Made by a program: the position numbers and the translations under genes
In this document: one piece after another, positions 57,680 through 64,000 of the stretch
Position numbering within the stretch: the first letter of the stretch is position 1
How the letters are laid out: each line of letters opens with the position of its first letter
The notes under the pieces: generated by a model
Told to the model about the DNA's origin: nothing
Database searches by the model: none
What the model saw: only the letters and a program-made list of their open reading frames with translations
NCBI RefSeq assembly: GCF_035084215.1
Contig: NC_090357.1
Location: forward strand, 1,798,001-1,862,000
Length of the DNA: 64,000 nucleotides
Reading direction: 5' to 3'
From: Heptranchias perlo
Taxonomy: Eukaryota

Positions 57680-60600
57680 CTGGAAAAAGAAAATTTTTAT
57701 TAATACACCAAGTGTCACGCGACGTATGCCGACCATTGCGGGGCGGGGGAAGAGACTAGCTCAGCCTTCATCAATCTCACTTTTATCAGCTGCTGAAGGG
57801 GTGCCACACGAGCCTGGCCTCGGCTCCTCCTCATTTCACCACCTGTAAATAGCTCTAATGCACCACATCAATGGCGTCATTTACAAACCTCTTTCCATCA
57901 CTGAGTTACTTTACAATCGGCACAGGGGAAGAGTGGGAGGAAAAAAAAAGATGGAATAATGAGGTCGGCTAACGTACAAGTCATCACTGCAGAAAACAGA
58001 ACAAAACTTCTTTTCCACACGTGACGGGAAAGTTTCCAGTACAGAGTTTGCATGGGTTTTATTTCCCAGGCCAACCATTTCAGGCAAAGTCCGGCCTTTT
58101 TGTTTGCACAGCAGGGCTGTCAATAATGTCCTGTTCCAATCCCTCCCAATGACAGATTCCGCCCAGTAGGGGTTCCTGAAAGCAGTCCCAGGCAGCACAG
58201 ATGATATGTAAAGCCGCAGGCACACACTCATTGATGCTCACCTTCACTGGACTCTAACTCTAGCGGATCTGGCATCTTAACCTCACCGTCCTCTGTGCTG
58301 CTTTTCATAGTTTCGCTTACTGTAGGAGGAGCCTCTCCCGGTTTCACCTCTTCCTTATTCTCTGTTGGGAAAGAAATATTCCCATTAGTAACACATCACT
58401 GCAGAACAGGACATGCAGCCTGTGCAAAAGAAAACTCCAAGTACATGTAACAAAGAGCTCAAACCGACATGGAACAAAGTCCATTGTTTTATTTTTTTTG
58501 TCCCTCCTCTCCTGAAGGGCCCCTGACCCCCCTGAATTAATGGGAACATGGATTTAAACTTTACACATGGCCCACCCCTCCACAGTACACACCAACACAA
58601 CCCATGGAGACCTCTAATCAAAAGCTTGGCCCGTCAGTCCTGCCAGACATCGCAACTCCTCAGTTACACCTGCAGCAATAGTGCCCCACCCCCCACTTTG
58701 CAATAAGCTCACCAGTTTCTCTCCCCTCAGAGGCCGGGTCTTTCTTGGGTGGTATAACCCTCTCACTATCGGCGGATGTTGAGTTCTTGTCCTCCTGCGT
58801 CGCGTTTTTCGCTTCCTGTGTTGTGTTCTTCTCCTTCCTGGGCTTGGGTTTAGCAAACTTTGCTTTGTTGAGTAAGTACTTGACTTCTCGATCCAGGAGA
58901 GCCAGCTTTGCCTCGATGTCCTTGGAGAGCAGGACGGGTTTCTGTGTTGACGGCAGCTTATTCTGCTCCATCACAGTCGTGTTTTTCCATGTCTGAAACA
59001 ACAAATAATACATTAAATATAACTTCACAACACCCCCCCACCCCCCCCACTTTGCATCCCACCCCCACACAACACCCCCACCAACCCCCAGGCATCCCAC
59101 CCCCCCATCCCGGGCATCCCACCCCCCCATCCCGGGCATCCCACCCCCCCATCCCGGGCATCCCACCCCCCCACCAGGGCGCAGAGCTTAAGGAGGTGTG
59201 TTAAGCGGTGCAGCTTCCCTCTTGGTTCAACATTCCCTCCCCAACTCCACCCTCACCCGACAATTTAACCCCTCTTCTCAGAACCCCACAGCTGAATGAT
59301 TCAGATTCCGACTCCTAGGCTGAGAGTCAACAATCCCAACACTCTGCAGGTGACACCCCTGCAAGTAAATCATCAGCAACTGAGTTAAACCCCCCCCCAA
59401 CCCCATGAAATTCTGTCTCTCAATCCCCGTCAGTTAGCGAAGGGTTGAATAAACTATTTAAGGGGATAGTTTTCAAAATTCTAAACTGAGATTTTCCCCC
59501 AGTTCAGTAGCTTTGTACTCACTGGCGATCTGATACAGTCGTACTTACAATGGTCTCGGTGATGACTTTTTCCATTGTGTTTAACTCCACCTCTGTGAAA
59601 ATCTGGTCAGCTTCTGGAATGAGTCTTGCTCCCCTGAAGTCACAAACATAAAGACAGTAAGAAACGGGATCTTACTATCTCCCCACTCCCAATCGTGCAA
59701 GGCGGTCTTGGTAACCATGGTTACCCCGTGAGTAGCTGAGCCCCACAGACCAGGACAGTCCTGGGTTCAATCCTTGGTCTGGGCCTAGCGAGCCCCTCAG
59801 CCAGGGCGACACTGGGGTTGGGGGGGGAAATCCTGCTCACGATCCAGTGGCCCCTGTTGAGCGTGTGGACTGAGGACACAATTGGACTAAAGTACAATTG
59901 TTCCAATAGCCCAGATATCAGAGGGACCACTTGGGAGTCAGGTTCAGAGAGTACCAGTGCCGTGGAACCATACCATACTACAGATCACTGCCTTCAGGAG
60001 CAGAGAAATTAATCATGAAAAGTCTGCCCAGGAGGAGTTCCTCACCTCCATCAGGATACTTACTTGAGGAAGATGGTGGAGTGGTTGAGCATGCTATCCA
60101 GTGCAGCCAGGCGATCTGGCCACTTTCTCCTCTCTTCCACTTTGAAGAAGAGCTCCTTGCACAGCTTCCGTAGCTCAGAGAGCTTCGTTTTAAGTTCCTA
60201 AACACAGGGAGGTACAATTCACTGGCTTTGCTTGGTACAGTCCCAACATACAGGATATACTCAATACAGAATGTATCGGTGTTTGGTTCCTGTAGCATGG
60301 CTCCGTCACTCAGTGGAGGTATTAAACTACAAACTCTGCAGCACCCTGCCAGAATAAGCAAGACACCAAACAACTCACTCCCAGTTTTATATAAAGCTCT
60401 GGATTAGATTCCAGCCTCAAACTCACCCGACCCATTGCTTCATCTGTTCTATGCATGCAGTAAATGTATAATTGATCAATATTGTCTGCTGCTGGACCAG
60501 TTAACACCCACCCCAGGTACCAGAATACAACAGCAGCCAAATAAAACAAGTTCAAACCTTGGTGGTGGCAGCATATCCATCCTCGTCCAGCCAGTTGGAA

Positions 60601-63600
60601 ACCTCGCTGAGTTTTGCAGAGATCTCGTCCCGGTCACCTTGTGTCGAGACTGCCTGATACTCGTCCTGGTACAGCTTGTCCTAAGGAAGAGTAGCGAAGG
60701 TTAGCAACTGCAAGTTGAGAAAATAAATCCAGGCACAGGATAACCTAAACCAGGTGGCCTCCTGATATTTCCCTTCCGCAGAAAGTGCCTGGCCTCTGCT
60801 CATATAGTTCCCCCCCGCATCAACTTGGAACACCCTAGTACAGGGATGGAGGCCACAGCCCACAGCATGGAGCAGCACACTGACCTGCTGCTAAACCCGC
60901 TGTCTCACAGCACCACCACTGCCCCTCCCCCCAACACACAAACATCATTCCCATCAAACCTCAATAAGACCATAAGGGATAGGAACAGGAGTAGGCCATT
61001 CGGCCCCTCGAGCCTGCTCCGCCATTTAATGAGATCATGGCTGATCTGATTTTTACCTCAACTCCACTTTCCCGCCCTTTCCCCATATCCTTTGACTCCC
61101 TTGCTGATCAAAAATCTGTCTAACTCAGCCTGGAATGTATTCAATGACTCAGCCTCCACAGCTTTTTGAGGTAAAGAATTCCAAAGATTCACGACCCTCT
61201 GGGAGAAGAAATTCCTCCTCATTTCCGTCTTAAACAGGCGACCCCTTATTTTGAGACTATGCCCCCCCTAGTTTTAGATTCCCCCATGAGGGGTAACATC
61301 CTCTCAGCATCTACCCTATCGAGTCCCCTCAGAATCTTGTATATTTCAATAGGATCTCCTCTCATTCTTCTAAACTCCAATGAGTATAGACCCAACCTGT
61401 TCAATCTTTCCTCATAAGGCAACCCTTTCATACCCGGAATCAACCTAATGAACCTTCTCTGATCTGCCTCCAATGCAAGTATGTCCTTCCTTAAATAAGG
61501 GCACCAGAACTGTACGCAGTACTCCAGATGTGGTCTCACCAGCACCCTGTACAGTTGTAGCATGACTTCCCTGCTTTTATACTCCATCCCCCTAGAAATA
61601 AAGGCCAATATTCCGTTTGCCTTCCAGATTACCTGCTGCACCTGTATGTTGACTTTTTGTGTTTCATGTACGAGGACACCCAGATCCCTCTGTACCGCAG
61701 CATTTTGTAGTATTTCTCCATTCAAATAATATTTTGCTGTTTTATTTTTCCTCCCAAAGTGGATGACTTCACATTTTCCCACATTATATTCCATCTGCCA
61801 AATTTTTGCCCATTCGCTTAACCTGTCAATATCCCTTTGCAGACACTTTGTGTCCTCATCACAACTTGCTTTTCCACCTATCTTTGTATCATCAGCAAAT
61901 TTGGCCACAAGACACTCTGTTCCTTCATCCAAGTCATTGATATATATTGATCCCTGCGACACCCCACTAGTTACAGATTGCCATTTTGAAAATGACCCTT
62001 TTATCCTGATTCCTTGTTTTCCGTTAGTTAGCCAATCCTCTATCCATGCCAGTATATTACCCCGTCAGACACCTCCCTTCAGCGAGCAGATTAAGACAAA
62101 TGTCACCTTAACTCCAACAGTTTGAAAGGATCTCAACCTCAGATAATCAAACTTTACAGCAACAAATTGTCTTTAATGATTTTTATTAATAGCACTAAAC
62201 AGCTGTCCTTGCACAATTGTGACCACAGGATGTCAGTTAACACGACCGTTTGAATTGTCAGGTCAAATACTCTTCCAGCAAGCCCTTAAGTTACATATCC
62301 TCTTTCCAAACAATGTCTAACGGTTACACGTCATCATAATTACACACTCAAAAATATTATTTAAAGATACACATCGAGAGATGGTATTAAGACATTTGTT
62401 CATACCTGACATTAACTTTTAGCCAGACTGCCCCTCAAGATTGCTGACAGCTACACTCCTGAGCCCAGCATCAAACCTCCTTTAAATCCCCCATAGAAAG
62501 CAAAACACATATCAAGTGTCTCAGCAGCCCAGGACAATCTGGTAGACCTACATCAAGATTTTAAAAAACGAGTCCCATCCCAGCTGCAGCCCAAAAGGGA
62601 AATTACTTACTCTTGCAGGAGAAATGGAGGATCCCTGTGAAGCACTCCAGAAAGCAAAGACTTCGGCAGCACTCACTGCACAAGACCAGGTTTAAATGTG
62701 GCCTCAGACACTGAACCAAACCTCTCTGTGCGCAGGCACTGGGGTCTATACCAGGAGAGAACAGCACATCCTGCCAAGCACAGCTCAAACATCCCAAAGT
62801 GCTTCACACAAATCACACTGACGGTGCAGTCACTGTTGTGCAGCTCTTGTACTTGGGAGCAGAGCAGCTGTATTCCTAGGCTGCAGAACACACGTTCGAA
62901 CAAAAAACAGTCCCTCCCTGAAACTGCCAAATTTATCATGAATTGGGACTCGATACCCTGCACAGCTGGTCGTCAGATCAGTCCTTTCTCGAGACCTGGT
63001 GGGTACATTTGACACTTTACGTGACCATCTGTAATTGGTCAGGATTACAAGTGAAGGGATAACTTACCCGTGTTTCAAAGATGAAAGCCTCCAACGAATT
63101 GGCCATTTTTTCATGCTCGTGTTTTTGTAGGTCCCGATCTGTAAGGTCCTGAAGCCTAGATGTAAACACAGGAGCAGTGAGGGGCTGCAAAAGTAAAAGG
63201 TATCAGAAAGTGTCTAACTGGCTGAAAGTCCAGCTTGCACTGGGCTAGGGGTCTAGTGCAGTATACCTGTAACTGAGGCTAGAGCCGGGCTCCCCTCAAA
63301 TGATTCCACAGGTTACAGTACCTCACCCATCAAAGCCCCCGCCTCTGGTACAGTACCTCTCCCATCATGGAATCTAATTGTATTGTGAAGAATTCCAATG
63401 TTTGTCTCTCTAAAGACCCCGCTGAGAAAATTATTGAAAACATTTGTCACAGAGGTAGTTCTCCCTGAAACTGGCTGTAAGTTACGTTTCCACTAATTTT
63501 CATACTTTCTCTGCCTCAGTCTGAGGAGAGGGGATTTTAAGAGTTGCTTAAGCAATAAGCGGCCCTTACTTTTTTTGTGATTGACTCATTTCCTCTTGTG

Positions 63601-63751
63601 ACAGATCTGGCAGGTCCTTGATTTCCAATTCGACAATCACCTCCTCACTAATCTTCACCCTCTTGGGCCCCTTTGGCCTCTTAACCTCCTCCGTTTTATT
63701 AGATTCTGGATCTTTCACCTCCTCCTTCCCAACATCCTCTGATTTTTTATC
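57621..63751 (-). CDS. HYOU1: Hypoxia up-regulated 1 / GRP170 (ER Hsp70-family nucleotide exchange factor), 3' part; the gene continues beyond the window
   Basis: Exons 63570-63751, 63068-63155, 60558-60680, 60064-60197, 59549-59633, 58713-58992, 58242-58361, 57621-57679. Phases consistent. Motifs ANSLEAFIFETRDKLY, WPDRLAALDSMLNHS, LLDREVKYLLNKAKFAKPKPR and terminal PDEL. Confidence 0.95.
58242..58361 (-). CDS. HYOU1: HYOU1 penultimate exon (ENKEEVKPGE...LELESSE)
   Basis: caacag acceptor, gtgagc donor, phase 1-1. Confidence 0.82.
58713..58992 (-). CDS. HYOU1: HYOU1 exon (TWKNTT...LDREVKYLLNKAKF...RET)
   Basis: tttcag acceptor, gtgagc donor. Confidence 0.93.
59030..59172. repeat. C-rich repeat of about 22 bp (G-rich on the HYOU1 transcript)
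   Basis: ggcatcccaccccccatcccg units. Confidence 0.85.
59549..59633 (-). CDS. HYOU1: HYOU1 exon (GARLIPEADQIFTEVELNTMEKVITETI)
   Basis: AG acceptor, gtaagt donor. Confidence 0.93.
60064..60197 (-). CDS. HYOU1: HYOU1 exon (ELKTKLSELRKLC...NHSTIFL)
   Basis: AG acceptor, gtaagt donor. Confidence 0.93.
60558..60680 (-). CDS. HYOU1: HYOU1 exon (DKLYQDEYQ...WLDEDGYAATTK)
   Basis: AG/GT boundaries, conserved peptide. Confidence 0.93.
60964..62062 (-). mobile_element. CR1 LINE fragment in a HYOU1 intron
   Basis: ORF 61246-61962 ([17 protein letters not shown]); small internal deletion near 61950. Confidence 0.92.
63068..63155 (-). CDS. HYOU1: HYOU1 exon (LQDLTDRDLQKHEHEKMANSLEAFIFETR)
   Basis: AG acceptor, gtaagt donor. 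Confidence 0.93.
63570..63751 (-). CDS. HYOU1: HYOU1 exon (DKKSEDVG...ELEIKDLPDL...QK)
   Basis: gtgcag acceptor, gtaagg donor. Confidence 0.9.
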
Positions 63752-64000
63752 CTGCACAAAAAAGAATAAAACCTATTACAGCCACACCCAGATCAGTGAC
63801 ACGTGTACAGTAAACACTGACTCCAGAGCAAATACTTCAAGTAAATTTCAAAACGGTCAACAGCAATTTAGCCCCATCAGTCATTAAATAAAGAGCATTT
63901 GAACCTAGGCAACAAAGGGACGCCACGGTTGGTCTCAACATTTCTGGGCTGTGGGGTGGGGATAAAAGACAGTCTGCTCCCATCCAGCTGTTCTGCTGGA

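Overview
Eukaryotic genomic DNA from a vertebrate, very probably a shark or other elasmobranch (inferred from Deu-domain tRNA SINEs, abundant CR1/L2 LINEs and a Penelope terminal fragment). Three intron-containing genes lie head-to-tail on the minus strand. They are the 3' part of HYOU1/GRP170 (8 exons, 57621-63751, ending ...PPDEL*), a complete VPS11 (16 exons, 23964-48227, 931 aa) and IFT46 (10 exons from the MADNSSDE start, 304 aa, plus an upstream in-frame exon). I read all exon boundaries by hand and their phases are consistent. Most long ORFs in the track are LINE reverse transcriptase fragments or translations of tandem repeats. The most notable signals are a Penelope-type minimal (dimer-dependent) hammerhead ribozyme between VPS11 and IFT46, an AT-AC U12 intron in VPS11, RFX X-boxes and CLEAR-type E-boxes matching ciliary and lysosomal regulation, inverted CR1 copies flanking a symmetric VPS11 exon, and a homogeneous CpG-dense 34-bp minisatellite. 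I found no convincing wholly new protein-coding system. Repeat boundaries are approximate and repeat family names are by recognition, not database search.
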